From: Candidatus Nomurabacteria bacterium
Lineage (GTDB): Bacteria; Patescibacteriota; Minisyncoccia; Phycocordibacterales; UBA918
Reading direction: 5' to 3'
Assembly: GCA_020631995.1 (NCBI GenBank)
Contig: JACKGJ010000002.1
Span: forward strand, 154,773-218,772
DNA: 64,000 bases
Shown in pieces: positions 1 through 10,371 of this stretch. The translations under genes and the position numbers were made by a program. Under the pieces are notes generated by a model that searched no databases, was not told the DNA's origin, and worked only from the letters and a program-made list of their open reading frames with translations. Each line of letters opens with the position of its first letter. Within the stretch, counting starts at the first letter, position 1.

Positions 1-549
1 GGTCAAAAGTGGATACTGACCGATTTCACGCAGGTACATCTGAATAGAGTCATAGCCACTTTCATGACGACGATAAGCGTTTTTCTGAGCCAACAGCTCC
101 GCGCTTGAGTCACCAGAAAGTAACCCACCGCTTTGGAGGACATCTATGTTGGCAATTTGAAAACGATCGTAGAGTTCCTCTAGGAAACTTACATCTTTTT
201 CAATGGTAGGAAATAGCTTCAATATGTCATCGTAGGTAACATATCCACGATCACGTCCAAGTTTCAGTAAGTCCCCTGCCTTCGATTCCTTCTCTCTCAT
301 CAGCTTATTGGGCTTGACGAGCTTTTTAGGTTTTACTTTCTTCTCTTTCTTACTAGGAGTAGCTTTTGGTTTAGCTTTCTTGGTAATTTTAGTCTTACCT
401 TTAGCTGTTGTTTTTTTGGCAGGTTTTTTATTTGATGCCTTAGCTACCTTTTTAGGAGCTTTTTTGGCCACTTTTTTAACTGCCCGTTTGGCGACTTTTT
501 TGGTCGCTTTTTTAACTTTCTTTGGTGCTATTTTTTTCTTCGCAACCAT
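1..549 (-). CDS. rpoD: RNA polymerase sigma-70 factor RpoD, N-terminal part (gene continues past the left window edge)
   Basis: Absent from the ORF track because it runs off the edge. Manual minus-strand translation from the ATG at 549 gives MVAKKKIAPKKVKKATKKVAKRAVKK... (Lys/Ala-rich, about 85 aa). This is followed by GDLLKLGRDRGYVTYDDILKLFP (region 1.1-like) and DSIQMYLREIGQYPLLT (region 1.2). The frame stays open to position 1. It lies directly downstream of dnaG, as in the classical dnaG-rpoD operon. Confidence 0.85.
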   Translation of the reverse strand, partial: MVAKKKIAPKKVKKATKKVAKRAVKKVAKKAPKKVAKASNKKPAKKTTAKGKTKITKKAKPKATPSKKEKKVKPKKLVKPNKLMREKESKAGDLLKLGRDRGYVTYDDILKLFPTIEKDVSFLEELYDRFQIANIDVLQSGGLLSGDSSAELLAQKNAYRRHESGYDSIQMYLREIGQYPLLT

Positions 550-607
550 ACGGTGGCACAACTATATCTTATCTACACTCACTGTCAACATAACGGTGTT
601 GACAGCC

Positions 608-2320
608 TTAGGTTGGTAGTCTTTTCTTTAAGACATCTATTTCCTTGAGTTTCGCTTCTGCATCCTCAGCTCTACCTTCGGTCTCAGCTAATAACATCGC
701 TTCTTTTAATAAAAGAATTTTTTCTTTAGTGAAAAGCTCGTTCAACTGTTGGAGCTTGTGCTCCCAATCCTCTCTGACTGTACGTTGGCGAGATTCACTT
801 ATATAACTCTCAAGTGTAAAGAAAAGTTGGCTTTTAACATCGTTGGATAATGACTCACGTACCTCACTAGGAGTTTGTCCGACAATTTCAATAAAGCGTT
901 CAGATAGCATTTGTCCCTCACTTGGTTCCAAAAGTTCTTCAATTACTGATAAAAAGGCAAGAACATTTTCTTTTCGGCTGGAGGTTGGCATCACTTTTTC
1001 AACTATTTGTTCGGCTTCTCGGATTCTGTCTTTGGCTCGTTCCTTTTCCTTGTTTGCCTCAAGTCGTGCGACATCGAGGCGTACTGACTCTGCATTTATG
1101 TCTAATCTTTCTGCAATTAGATTAGCAAAGTGGTCTCTGTCGATATGGCTTTCAATTAGTAGGAGATATGGTAACACTTCATCGCTGACTCGCATCTTAA
1201 ATTTCCTTTCGTCAGGCGACTCCTCTTTTAGTAGATTAAGAAGAAATTCGATTACGTGGGTTGCTTCCTTGATATCTTTCTTCAAAAGATTTGGGTCTTC
1301 GGCTACTAGATCGGCTGGATCTTTTCCGCCATGAAGTCTCGCCACCTTGAGGTCAATTCCTCGGGCGAGCATAAGTTCGGCTGCGCGCTTCACTGCTGCT
1401 ACTCCAGCCCGGTCAGCGTCGAGCGCTAGCACCACACGATTAGAGAGGCGCTGCAAGAGTGATGTATGTTCAGGAGTGAGAGCGGTGCCAGAGACAGCCA
1501 CGGCGTTTTTGTACCCTGCCTGGTGTGATAACACCACATCAAACTGTCCTTCGACAATTAGCGAGAAGTCCAGTTTATGAATTCCATGCTTTGCTTTGTC
1601 GTATCCGAACAATGCTTCAGATTTATTAAAGAGCATTGTCTCTGGAGAGTTCACATACTTTGGTGCTTCACTATCTTTACTCAACACACGTCCAGAGAAA
1701 CCAATCACTCTGCCACTACTGTCCATTATCGGAAACATTATACGATCACGAAATACATCATATGGTTGTTTACCTTGGTCAGCCTGCTTCACCAGTCCGG
1801 CCTGAAGCATCAAGCTGTCTGCATATCCTTTGGCAGCTAAATGCTCTTTGAGTTGACGCCAGTCATTAGGAGCGTACCCAATCCGCCACTTAGAAATAGT
1901 ATCGTCGTGCACTTCGCGCTTTTTTAAGTACTCTAGTGCGTCACCAGATTGCACCAAGGTCATTTCAAAAAACTTGGTAGCGTCATCAAGTATTTGGTAG
2001 AGAGTGTCGCGTAAATCACGCTTCTTTGGGTCTTCTGGGACTAGTTCCACTCCGGCTTTATCAGCCAAAATTTTCAAGGCACCTTTGAAGTCCACGCCTT
2101 CCATTTTCTCTACGAAAGTGAACATGTCACCGCCTTGTGACGAAGAGAAGCAGTAGTACATACCACGGTCGGGGGACACGTAGAAAGACGGTGTTTTCTC
2201 GGCAGTGAAGGGAGACTTGCCCTTAAAGTTTTTCCCAGCTTTGTGTAGCTCGACGTAGGGCGATATTACATCGATTATTGATAGCTTTTCTTTTATTCTC
2301 TGCACCGAATCTGTAGCCAT
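608..2320 (-). CDS. dnaG: DNA primase DnaG
   Basis: Track ORF 608..2344. It has a primase/TOPRIM core (EGQFDVV, VLALDADRAG) and an N-terminal zinc-ribbon-like segment, KSPFTAEKTPSF...YYCFSSSQGGDMFTF. The track start is a TTG at 2344. I prefer the ATG at 2320, which is preceded by AGAGG. Confidence 0.9.
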   Translation of the reverse strand: MATDSVQRIKEKLSIIDVISPYVELHKAGKNFKGKSPFTAEKTPSFYVSPDRGMYYCFSSSQGGDMFTFVEKMEGVDFKGALKILADKAGVELVPEDPKKRDLRDTLYQILDDATKFFEMTLVQSGDALEYLKKREVHDDTISKWRIGYAPNDWRQLKEHLAAKGYADSLMLQAGLVKQADQGKQPYDVFRDRIMFPIMDSSGRVIGFSGRVLSKDSEAPKYVNSPETMLFNKSEALFGYDKAKHGIHKLDFSLIVEGQFDVVLSHQAGYKNAVAVSGTALTPEHTSLLQRLSNRVVLALDADRAGVAAVKRAAELMLARGIDLKVARLHGGKDPADLVAEDPNLLKKDIKEATHVIEFLLNLLKEESPDERKFKMRVSDEVLPYLLLIESHIDRDHFANLIAERLDINAESVRLDVARLEANKEKERAKDRIREAEQIVEKVMPTSSRKENVLAFLSVIEELLEPSEGQMLSERFIEIVGQTPSEVRESLSNDVKSQLFFTLESYISESRQRTVREDWEHKLQQLNELFTKEKILLLKEAMLLAETEGRAEDAEAKLKEIDVLKKRLPT

Positions 2321-2415
2321 AATTGCCTCTATTTTAACCCGCAAAACTATACTTGACTAATGTGATTAAATATGCTTTTATTTAAACAAATACGCAGCAC
2401 AACCAGGAGAGACCT

Positions 2416-2652
2416 ATGACCATGTTCATTCAAATTTTTGTTGCAATTTGGACGATGTGTTCGATCATTGTGGCGGTCACACTTGTCACAATGATTGTCA
2501 GCGATAACTCGGCAGAGAAGAAAGCTTTATTCTCTACTTCGAAGCAAAGCCTATTTTCAGCGCTGGGTTTCATTCTGACGGTGGCACTCGGCCCCGTCTT
2601 TATGGGGTTTGCACACGGTAGATTCATCGTCCTTGTCAACGGTGAAAAGTAA
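2416..2652 (+). CDS. small hypothetical membrane protein (78 aa, two hydrophobic segments)
   Basis: AGGAGA lies 6 nt upstream of the ATG. Two TM-like stretches are present (IQIFVAIWTMCSIIVAVTLVTMIV and LFSALGFILTVALGPVFMGF). An intrinsic terminator follows at 2675..2708. Confidence 0.55.
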   Translation: MTMFIQIFVAIWTMCSIIVAVTLVTMIVSDNSAEKKALFSTSKQSLFSALGFILTVALGPVFMGFAHGRFIVLVNGEK

Positions 2653-2674
2653 GTTAAACATTCAAACACCGAAT

Positions 2675-2708
2675 CCCGGAAACCCTAGCGGTTGCCGGGG
2701 TTTCTTTT
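2675..2708 (+). terminator. intrinsic terminator
   Basis: Hairpin CCCGGAAACC-CTAGC-GGTTGCCGGG followed by TTTCTTTT. Confidence 0.6.
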
Positions 2709-2765
2709 GATAAAACAGTAAGTCATAATTACATTAGAGATTCAATGAAGCTGTGGGAGGAAAAT

Positions 2766-2891
2766 CATGAAAGGATTCAATTGGTGGCTTATAAAGTTAC
2801 CTAGAATATTAATTACGATGATCATGTTGGTCGCTCCTATCTTGAGTATCTTGCTGTTTGCAGGAAACTCACCTTGGAGAATCTTCTATTG
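2766..2891 (+). CDS. possible 41-aa hydrophobic micro-protein
   Basis: Below the track size cutoff. GGGAGG lies 6 nt upstream of the ATG at 2766. Translation is MKGFNWWLIKLPRILITMIMLVAPILSILLFAGNSPWRIFY. A strong terminator follows at 2926..2955. Confidence 0.4.
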
Positions 2892-2925
2892 ACTCGTACG
2901 TGTTCATTTTGAACTGCACGAAAAA

Positions 2926-2955
2926 GACCGGCGCTTTCGCGCCGGCCTTTTCTTG
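2926..2955. terminator. bidirectional intrinsic terminator between the micro-ORF (+) and rpoC (-)
   Basis: GACCGGCGC-TTTC-GCGCCGGCC, flanked by an A-run on the left and a T-run on the right. Confidence 0.75.
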
Positions 2956-2988
2956 TTCGCTTTACTCGTTCACTGTGTTTTCCTTCTC

Positions 2989-5900
2989 CTATTGCTCACT
3001 CGATACAGCACGAATCATATCGTACTTCTTTGAGCCCTTGAAGCCAGAACCAGCTGGGATGAGGCGTCCGATGATGACGTTCTCCATAAGCCCTGCTAGA
3101 TTGTCCTGACTTCCCTTTACAGCAGCGTTAATCAAGATACGAGTAGTATTTTGGAACGATGCAGCTGATAGGAAGCTCTTACGAGACAGTGATGTCTCAG
3201 TAATTCCGAGGATGAGTCGTTCAGACTTCGCTGGTTCTTTGCCATCAGCCTTCATTTTCTTGTTAGCTTCAACAAAGATCCATTCCTCCACCACTTCTCC
3301 AATGGTGAAGTGTGTATCCCCGGCGTCGATTATCTTCACACGACTCATCATCTGCTTAACGATAAGCTCGATGTGCTTACGTGCGATGGTCACACCCTGA
3401 AGTTCGTAAATCTTGTTAACTTCAGAAATGATGTAGTCCTGAGTCAATTCACGATTACCAAATTTAAATAGTTCAGGTAGGTGAGCTGAACCGTCGGTCA
3501 TAAGTTGACCACCAGTTACATTATCTCCTACTGATACAGTAACCATACGACGGTAATTTACTTCATACTCTAGGTTGTCAGAGGTCTTCTTAGCGTATTT
3601 AGCACCCTTAACTGGGGTAACTACGATAACCTTCTCCTTACCTTCACGACGGATTTCAGTAACGATACCATCGGTCTTAGAAACGATAGCAGGAATCTTC
3701 GGCTGACGTTTTTCAAATACTTCTTCTACACGAGGAAGACCTTGTGTTACGTCTCCTCCGACTGACGCAGCTCCTCCAGCGTGCTTTGTGTTCATCGTTA
3801 GCTGAGTACCTGGCTCACCAATCGCTTGGGCTGCCACAGTACCTACTGCTTCACCGATGTCCACTACACGGTTAGTGGTAAGGTCGTGTCCGTAACACTG
3901 CTGACATACTCCACGCAAGGTGGCACAGGTCATTGGTGAACGCACGACTACTGATTCACAAGTTGAGCCTTCAAGGGCGATAGCATCACGACGTGATAGT
4001 AGGTGACCCTTTTTGAAAATCACTACTCCCTTATTGTCTACAGCATCTTCTGCTAGTACGCGACCCTTAATAGCCTTAGAGAAAGCAATCTCGATACCAG
4101 AAGCAGAAATGCGCCCAATCTTAGTTCCCTGCTTAGTCTTACAGTCTTCCTCAGTCACAATAGCGTCTTGCGCTACTACGAAGAGACGACGAGTTAGGTA
4201 ACCAGCCTTAGCGGTTTGAAGCGCGGTGTCGGCTAGACCCTTACGTGAACCGTGAGTGGTGATGAAGTATTCAATCGGTGTCATACCTTCCTTCATAGAA
4301 GAAAGTACTGGGAACTCTAGAGTTTCACCACGAGTGTTAACAATAAGACCCTTCATACCAGCCATCTGGGCAATCTGTCCGAGAGAACCACGAGCGCCAG
4401 ACTTCCACATCTCGAAAGCAGAACCGTTTTCATCGAGAGTTTCAGGCAAGATGCCTTCAATCTCACTCTTAGCATGGTGCCAAACACCTACAATCATTCT
4501 GCGACGTTCGTCACGGGAGATAAGACCTTCGTCAAAGTGAGAGAAGATTTCACGCTCAGATGCGCGAGCATTTTCGATGATGCCAGCTTTTCCAGCCGGA
4601 ATAACTACCTCATCAATACCCCAAGTGGTACCTGACTGTGTTGCGTATTTGAATCCGAATTTCTTGAGACGGTCAACAATTGGTGGAACCGCGTCAGCAC
4701 CACGATCATCAATGATATCAATGATGATATTGAAGAGTGTTTTTTGCACTACTACATCGTTAATGAAGTCGTAGTCACTAGGCAAAACGCTATTGAAGAG
4801 TAGTCGTCCAACTGATGTTTCAAACAACTTACCTTCGTATTGTTTGTACTTTGGAGTATCGGTTGCTAATACCTTAATCTTGGCTCGGAAATCTACAATA
4901 CCGTAATCGTAGGCGTTGATAGCGTCATTCGGGGATGCAAAGAATTTATCTTCTCCCTTAGCTCCATCGATTATCTTAGTCATCCAATATGCACCAAGGG
5001 CCATATCAAGAAGCTTTTCAGAAACTACCGGTTCAGCAGAACCAGGCTTAAGAATGTTCTTGTTAGCAGAAATGATTTCCTTAGCTTCGAGCTGGGCTTC
5101 GTCAGAGAGAGGTACGTGTACCGCCATCTGGTCACCATCGAAGTCGGCGTTGAAAGCGCGACAAACAAGTGGGTGCACTTGAATAGCGTTACCTTCAATA
5201 AGTACCGGGCGGAAAGCCTGGATACCCTGTCGGTGAAGGGTTGGAGCACGGTTTAGAAGTACGTGCTTGTTCTTAATGATGTTTTCCAAAATAGCCCATA
5301 CTTCTGGAACTCCGTCTTCAATCAGGCGCCCTGCCCCACGAATGTTGTATGCAAGCTCCTGCTTTAGAAGCTCAGAAATAACAAATGGTCGGAACAGCTC
5401 CAGAGCCATATGTTTAGGAAGACCACATTGATCTAGGTCTAGGTCAGGACCGATAACAATCACAGAACGTCCAGAGTAGTCCACACGCTTTCCGAGTAGG
5501 TTCTGTCGGAAGTATCCCTGCTTACTCTTAAGGTAATCAGAAAGTGACTTCAATGGGCGACGCTGAGCCTGACTCATCATTGAGTAGGCACTGTTACCAT
5601 GACGGATAGAGTTGTCGATTAGGGCGTCAACCGCTTCTTGCAGGATACGCTTTTCGTTACGCAAGATAACGTCCGGTGCCATAATGTCGATAAGCTTCTT
5701 GAGACGGTTATTACGGTTGATTACACGTCGGTATAGGTCGTTTAGGTCAGATGAAGCGTGACGGCCACCTTCAAGAGCCACCATCGGACGAAGTGCTGGT
5801 GGGATGACTGGAAGTCGGGTTAGGAACATCCATTCAGGACGAACTCCACTGTGGAGCATTCCGCGCACGAGGCCTAGACGCTTGTCGAGCTTGGCTCGCT

Positions 5901-6681
5901 CCATCGCTCCAGCAGTCTCACGCTCAGTAACTAGACGCTTGTGTAACTCTTCAAGGTTTACATTTTTGAATACTTCAAAAACACTCTCAGCACCAATCTT
6001 TGCTTCAAAAAGTGTTCCGTACTTAATAGAGAATTTATGGAACTTGTTTTCATCCAATACTGCACCTTGTTTGATGGAGTTGATTTCACTTTTAACTTCG
6101 TCTAGTCGCTCCTTGAGTTCAGCTAGGGCCGCTTCATTTTTGAGCTCTTTAGACTTAGTTTTGTACTCGGTTGATAGTTCTGCCATCAGGCGTGAACGCT
6201 CGCTTTCAGCTACTTTAGTGATGATATATCCAGCGAAGTAGATCACCTTCTCGATGTCAGCAGCTGAGATTCCAAGAATAAGGGCAATGCGACTAGGTAC
6301 ACCACGTAGGAACCAGATGTGTGACACTGGTACACAAAGGTCAATGTGACCCATTCGCTCACGGCGCACAATTGCGCGAGTAATTTCTACTCCACACTTT
6401 TCACAAACGATACCCTTATATCGAATACCACGATACTTCTTACAAGAACACTCGTAGTCTTCTACTGGCCCAAAGATTCTCTCGTCGAAGAGACCATGTT
6501 TTTCTGGACGCTGAGTTCGATAGTTAATCGTTTCAGGCTTAGTCACCTCACCATGGGACCATTCGAGAATTTTGTCTGGGCTCGCAAGTTTCAAGCCCAC
6601 CCCAGTGAACTGTGGTGTTGCTCGTCTTGGAGGACGACTCCCGTTTCCTCTATCTCGGTTGTTTGATTCTTTTATTTCCAT
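2989..6681 (-). CDS. rpoC: DNA-directed RNA polymerase subunit beta-prime
   Basis: 1230 aa. Contains the catalytic [12 protein letters not shown] motif and shows typical RpoC sequence throughout. ATG at 6681. Confidence 0.98.
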   Translation of the reverse strand: MEIKESNNRDRGNGSRPPRRATPQFTGVGLKLASPDKILEWSHGEVTKPETINYRTQRPEKHGLFDERIFGPVEDYECSCKKYRGIRYKGIVCEKCGVEITRAIVRRERMGHIDLCVPVSHIWFLRGVPSRIALILGISAADIEKVIYFAGYIITKVAESERSRLMAELSTEYKTKSKELKNEAALAELKERLDEVKSEINSIKQGAVLDENKFHKFSIKYGTLFEAKIGAESVFEVFKNVNLEELHKRLVTERETAGAMERAKLDKRLGLVRGMLHSGVRPEWMFLTRLPVIPPALRPMVALEGGRHASSDLNDLYRRVINRNNRLKKLIDIMAPDVILRNEKRILQEAVDALIDNSIRHGNSAYSMMSQAQRRPLKSLSDYLKSKQGYFRQNLLGKRVDYSGRSVIVIGPDLDLDQCGLPKHMALELFRPFVISELLKQELAYNIRGAGRLIEDGVPEVWAILENIIKNKHVLLNRAPTLHRQGIQAFRPVLIEGNAIQVHPLVCRAFNADFDGDQMAVHVPLSDEAQLEAKEIISANKNILKPGSAEPVVSEKLLDMALGAYWMTKIIDGAKGEDKFFASPNDAINAYDYGIVDFRAKIKVLATDTPKYKQYEGKLFETSVGRLLFNSVLPSDYDFINDVVVQKTLFNIIIDIIDDRGADAVPPIVDRLKKFGFKYATQSGTTWGIDEVVIPAGKAGIIENARASEREIFSHFDEGLISRDERRRMIVGVWHHAKSEIEGILPETLDENGSAFEMWKSGARGSLGQIAQMAGMKGLIVNTRGETLEFPVLSSMKEGMTPIEYFITTHGSRKGLADTALQTAKAGYLTRRLFVVAQDAIVTEEDCKTKQGTKIGRISASGIEIAFSKAIKGRVLAEDAVDNKGVVIFKKGHLLSRRDAIALEGSTCESVVVRSPMTCATLRGVCQQCYGHDLTTNRVVDIGEAVGTVAAQAIGEPGTQLTMNTKHAGGAASVGGDVTQGLPRVEEVFEKRQPKIPAIVSKTDGIVTEIRREGKEKVIVVTPVKGAKYAKKTSDNLEYEVNYRRMVTVSVGDNVTGGQLMTDGSAHLPELFKFGNRELTQDYIISEVNKIYELQGVTIARKHIELIVKQMMSRVKIIDAGDTHFTIGEVVEEWIFVEANKKMKADGKEPAKSERLILGITETSLSRKSFLSAASFQNTTRILINAAVKGSQDNLAGLMENVIIGRLIPAGSGFKGSKKYDMIRAVSSEQ

Positions 6682-6703
6682 AATAAATTATTTAGTGAGG
6701 TGA

Positions 6704-9700
6704 TTAATTTTCTTCGCCAGCTACTTCGCGACTAAGGTCTACATCTAATGAGAGACCACGAAGTTGATTAACGAGCACGTTGAAAGCGGCTGGAGTGTGT
6801 GGATGGCTAATCTTCTCGCCACGCACAATTGCATCGAAGGCTGCAGAACGACCAACGATATCGTCGGACTTAATAGTGAGCATTTCTCGGAGTGTATAGG
6901 CAGCACCATAACCAAGGAGCGCCCACACTTCCATCTCTCCGAAACGCTGACCTCCGATTTGTGCCTTTCCTCCCAATGGCTGTTGAGTAATGAGAGAGTA
7001 CGGACCAATAGAACGCATATGAATCTTGTCTTCCACCATATGGTGAAGTTTCAAGATATACATATATCCAACCGCAGTCTTCTTAGCGAACTCTTCACCG
7101 GTACGACCATCGCGAAGTTGAATTTTTCCATCTGTAGGTAGACCAGCAGCAACAAGTTCTGCCTTTACGTCATCTTCGGTCGCTCCACTGAATGGTGGCA
7201 CCACAGCTTGGTAACCAAGTGTGTTGGCAGCCATTCCGAGGTGAAGTTCAAGAATCTGTCCCAAGTTCATACGAGACGGTACACCAAGTGGTGTGAGAAG
7301 AATGTCAACAGGCTGACCGTCTTCAGTGTATGGCATATCTTCTTCAGGAAGGATACGAGAGATAACTCCCTTGTTTCCGTGACGTCCAGCGAGCTTATCT
7401 CCAACTGAAATGTTACGTACCTGAGCAACTGTGATGTGAATTCGTTTGATAACTCCACTTTCAAGTTGATCCCCTGCTTCACGAGAGAAAACCTTAATAC
7501 CAATAACGCGACCACGCTTCCCTGCTTCCAGACGAAGTGAAGTGTCCTTAACATCTTTTGCCTTCTCACCGAAGATTGAACGAAGTAGTCGTTCTTCTGG
7601 AGAAAGTTGCGTTTCTCCCTTTGGAGTTACCTTACCAACCAAGATATCCCCTGGTCGGATTTCTGCACCAACGCGGATAATACCGTTTTCGTCGAGGTTG
7701 CGGAGTTTGAGCTCTGAAACGTTCGGGATGTCAGGTGTGGTTACTTCAGGCCCGAGTTTAGTGTCACGTACAGCTACGTCAAACTCTTCCATATGAATGG
7801 TAGAGAACTTCTTTTGCTTTACTAGGCGCTCTGAAATAACGATAGCGTCTTCATAGTTGGCACCTGACCAACTCATAAAAGCAACGAAAGCGTTCTGTCC
7901 TACAGCGATTTGTCCGTTGTCGGTAGATGAAGTGTCAGCAAGAAGATCCCCTCGCTTAACTTTGTCACCCATAGTTACAGCTGGACGGTGGTAGAAGGCT
8001 GAGAAGTCGTTAGTACGCTGGAAGGTAGTTAGTGGGTAAACCTTCTTCTTACCTTCTTTATTCTTGAGAGTAATATGTCGAGCGTCTACTTCAATTACTT
8101 CACCAGCTTCTTCAGCATTGATGACGCGAGCAGTGTCGGAAGCAACCATCTTTTCAATACCAGTTGCTACAATTGGAGCTTCAGGGATAAGGCAGGGTGT
8201 AGCCTGCTTCTGCATATTTGAACCCATCAGAGTACGGTTGGCATCGTCGTGGTTTAGGAATGGAATCATCGAGGTAGCTACTGAGAAAGCTTGGTTGGTG
8301 GCGATGTCCATAAAGTCCACCTTTAACTTTTCCACAGTACGAGGCTCACCATTTTTTCTAGCGTCCACCATATCGTCTTTGATACGACCCTTTTCGTCAA
8401 CAATCACCGCTGCGTGAGCAATATTGTATTGCTCCTCTTCGTGAGCATTTAGGTAAACGATTTCATCTGTTACAACTCCCTTCACTACTTTCACATATGG
8501 AGTTTCAATAATACCGAAGCGGTTCACTCTTGAGTACATAGCCAAACGAAGAATCAAACCAATGTTTGGTCCTTCTGGAGTGTGGATTGGACAAAGTCTT
8601 CCGTAGTGACTGGTGTGTACGTCACGTACTTCAAAGCCGGCACGTTCACGTGTTAGTCCACCTGGTCCTAGAGCAGAAAGAGTACGTAGACCTTCAAGCT
8701 CTCCTAGGAGGTTTTGCTGTGGCATAAATTGCGACAGCTGGTTGGTAGTAAAAAATTCCTTAATAGCCGCTTGGAGTGGGCGTGGGTTGATGATTTGCAT
8801 CGGGAGAGATGTCTCAGCCTCGATGGTAGACATACGGTCCTGAATATTTCGCTTCATACGAGTCATACCAACACGTACGCGCTGGATCACCATTTCACCG
8901 AAGTATCGCACACGACGGAAACCAAGGTGGTCGATATCGTCAGGTAGAGCACCTGGAGTGTGGTTTGAGGTGATTATATGAGTGATGATGCTGTGTAGGT
9001 CTTCTAGAGAAACAGTACGGTTATCGGTAGCCTTCTTGTCGATTGGACGCTTGAAACGTTCATTGAAGTGGTGGCGACCAATTTCTGAAAGGTCGTATCG
9101 CTCTGGAGAAAAGATAGAATCAACGAACTCACGAGCATTTTCTACTGTCGCCAAGTCACCGTCACGAAGACGCTTGTATATTTCGATATATGAGTCATCA
9201 GTAGTCTTGGCTGGGTCCTTAGCCAAGGAAGCCTTGATATACTCTTCTCCACGCTCTACTCCCTTAACGAGCTTAAGCATTTCGGCTTCCGTTTCAGCTC
9301 CAAGTACACGTAAGAGTGAAGTGATAGGAAACTTCTTCTTACGGTCGATCTTCACATAGATACAGCCATCATGTTCAGATTCAATCTCAACCCATGCTCC
9401 ACGAGCTGGGATGATCTTGGCACCAAAGTGAGTACGACCCTTTTGTTCACTTGCAGTGAAAAAGATACCGTATGAACGTGCCAGCTGGGGTACAACTACA
9501 CGCTCCACTCCGTTGATGATGAAAGTACCATGCTCAGTCATTACCGGTACGTCAGCAAGGAAAATCTCTTGCTCCTTCTCACTTTCAAAAGTTTTGTTCT
9601 TAAGAACGATGGTGGCACGCAGTGGTGCGTCGTAGGTTTGTTTGTTTTCTTTAGCAAGCTCTGGAGTAGTCTTCGGCTCACCCATTTCGTAGCCCTTAAA

Positions 9701-9919
9701 AACCAACTCAAACTTCTTTTCTGAGTAGTCACTAATCGGTGAAAATTCTTTAAACACACCACGAAGACCCTCGTCTACAAACCATTTGTATGACAAGAGC
9801 TGTGGCTCGATTAGGTTTGGTACTGGAACTACCGGCCCACGAAATTTTGAAAAAACTTTAGGCGGCAGACTGCCGATAGCTGTTCCTTCGTGTACCACAC
9901 TCTTAATCTTTTTATCCAT
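6704..9919 (-). CDS. rpoB: DNA-directed RNA polymerase subunit beta
   Basis: 1071 aa. Contains conserved RpoB blocks (GDKLAGRHGNKGVIS, SRMNLGQILE). Lies 22 nt upstream of rpoC. Confidence 0.98.
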   Translation of the reverse strand: MDKKIKSVVHEGTAIGSLPPKVFSKFRGPVVPVPNLIEPQLLSYKWFVDEGLRGVFKEFSPISDYSEKKFELVFKGYEMGEPKTTPELAKENKQTYDAPLRATIVLKNKTFESEKEQEIFLADVPVMTEHGTFIINGVERVVVPQLARSYGIFFTASEQKGRTHFGAKIIPARGAWVEIESEHDGCIYVKIDRKKKFPITSLLRVLGAETEAEMLKLVKGVERGEEYIKASLAKDPAKTTDDSYIEIYKRLRDGDLATVENAREFVDSIFSPERYDLSEIGRHHFNERFKRPIDKKATDNRTVSLEDLHSIITHIITSNHTPGALPDDIDHLGFRRVRYFGEMVIQRVRVGMTRMKRNIQDRMSTIEAETSLPMQIINPRPLQAAIKEFFTTNQLSQFMPQQNLLGELEGLRTLSALGPGGLTRERAGFEVRDVHTSHYGRLCPIHTPEGPNIGLILRLAMYSRVNRFGIIETPYVKVVKGVVTDEIVYLNAHEEEQYNIAHAAVIVDEKGRIKDDMVDARKNGEPRTVEKLKVDFMDIATNQAFSVATSMIPFLNHDDANRTLMGSNMQKQATPCLIPEAPIVATGIEKMVASDTARVINAEEAGEVIEVDARHITLKNKEGKKKVYPLTTFQRTNDFSAFYHRPAVTMGDKVKRGDLLADTSSTDNGQIAVGQNAFVAFMSWSGANYEDAIVISERLVKQKKFSTIHMEEFDVAVRDTKLGPEVTTPDIPNVSELKLRNLDENGIIRVGAEIRPGDILVGKVTPKGETQLSPEERLLRSIFGEKAKDVKDTSLRLEAGKRGRVIGIKVFSREAGDQLESGVIKRIHITVAQVRNISVGDKLAGRHGNKGVISRILPEEDMPYTEDGQPVDILLTPLGVPSRMNLGQILELHLGMAANTLGYQAVVPPFSGATEDDVKAELVAAGLPTDGKIQLRDGRTGEEFAKKTAVGYMYILKLHHMVEDKIHMRSIGPYSLITQQPLGGKAQIGGQRFGEMEVWALLGYGAAYTLREMLTIKSDDIVGRSAAFDAIVRGEKISHPHTPAAFNVLVNQLRGLSLDVDLSREVAGEEN

Positions 9920-9982
9920 ATCAGTTTCTTTGAATAATAAAACTTATAAACCTACCCCACACATCTAATTCTCATAACACAC

Positions 9983-10008
9983 AAAAACCGACACATAGTG
10001 TCGTTTTT
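9983..10008 (-). terminator. terminator/attenuator-like hairpin about 65 nt upstream of the rpoB start
   Basis: The minus strand reads AAAAA-CGACAC-TAT-GTGTCG-GTTTTT. Its symmetric A/T runs would let it work in either direction. Confidence 0.5.
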
Positions 10009-10069
10009 GAAAATATTTGCGGTTACTTAATTGTTATAAACATTACCCCCAGATGTTTATTAGACTTCT

Positions 10070-10306
10070 CCCAAACTAGCGTATCTGTACTAGTTTCAGA
10101 ATTCCGGCTCGTCACCTTAGATTGTCTAAGGCACCACACAGAGTACTTCAGAAAATATAGTCGTGCGCGCACTCCTTATTTTCTTGGTCGCTCTGTCGCC
10201 AAAACTCTTCCAACCAGCACATCTACATCTAGTTTTGGAAAAGTCTATCGCTCTAAGATTTAGGTGGCTTTAAACCGCAACACAATCACCCCTAAATCGC
10301 AAGTGG
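10070..10306 (-). repeat. GCTAG-box intergenic element, long-hairpin type (copy E)
   Basis: The minus strand aligns with 59641..59775 (+) in three blocks: CCACTTGC; GATGTAGATGTGCTGGTTGGAAGAGTTTTGGCGACAGAGC; and CCTTAGACAATCTAAGGTGACGAGCCGGAATTCTGAAACTAGTACAGATACGCTAGT. A 57-nt nested hairpin is inserted after GACAGAGC. Confidence 0.7.
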
Positions 10307-10371
10307 ATAAAACATAACAGAAAATCACGCTTATTGCAAGCCCTCTCTGGGGAAAACTTGCTTGACTAAGG

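Noticed and set aside
308-619. 103-aa Phe/Leu/Ala-rich ORF on the plus strand
   Set aside because: It is the antisense shadow of the Lys/Ala-rich (AAR/GCN) N-terminal tail of rpoD and overlaps the end of dnaG. It has no SD, and its composition is fully explained by the opposite strand.
3212-9968. Many 60-145-aa plus-strand ORFs inside rpoC and rpoB (for example 5804-6241, 8064-8417, 8982-9359)
   Set aside because: They are antisense to two unambiguous, highly conserved genes. Their Ser/Arg/Leu-rich compositions are low-complexity and typical of shadow frames.
9920-10371. Large ORF-free regions (also 24269-24714, 28853-29274 and 54326-54544) screened for RNase P RNA, tmRNA, SRP RNA and 6S RNA
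   Set aside because: None of the universally conserved cores I know is present: GAGGAAAGUCC / ACAGAAA for RNase P, the GGGG..UUCGAC 5' end and tag ORF for tmRNA, and GGAA..AGCAG for SRP domain IV.
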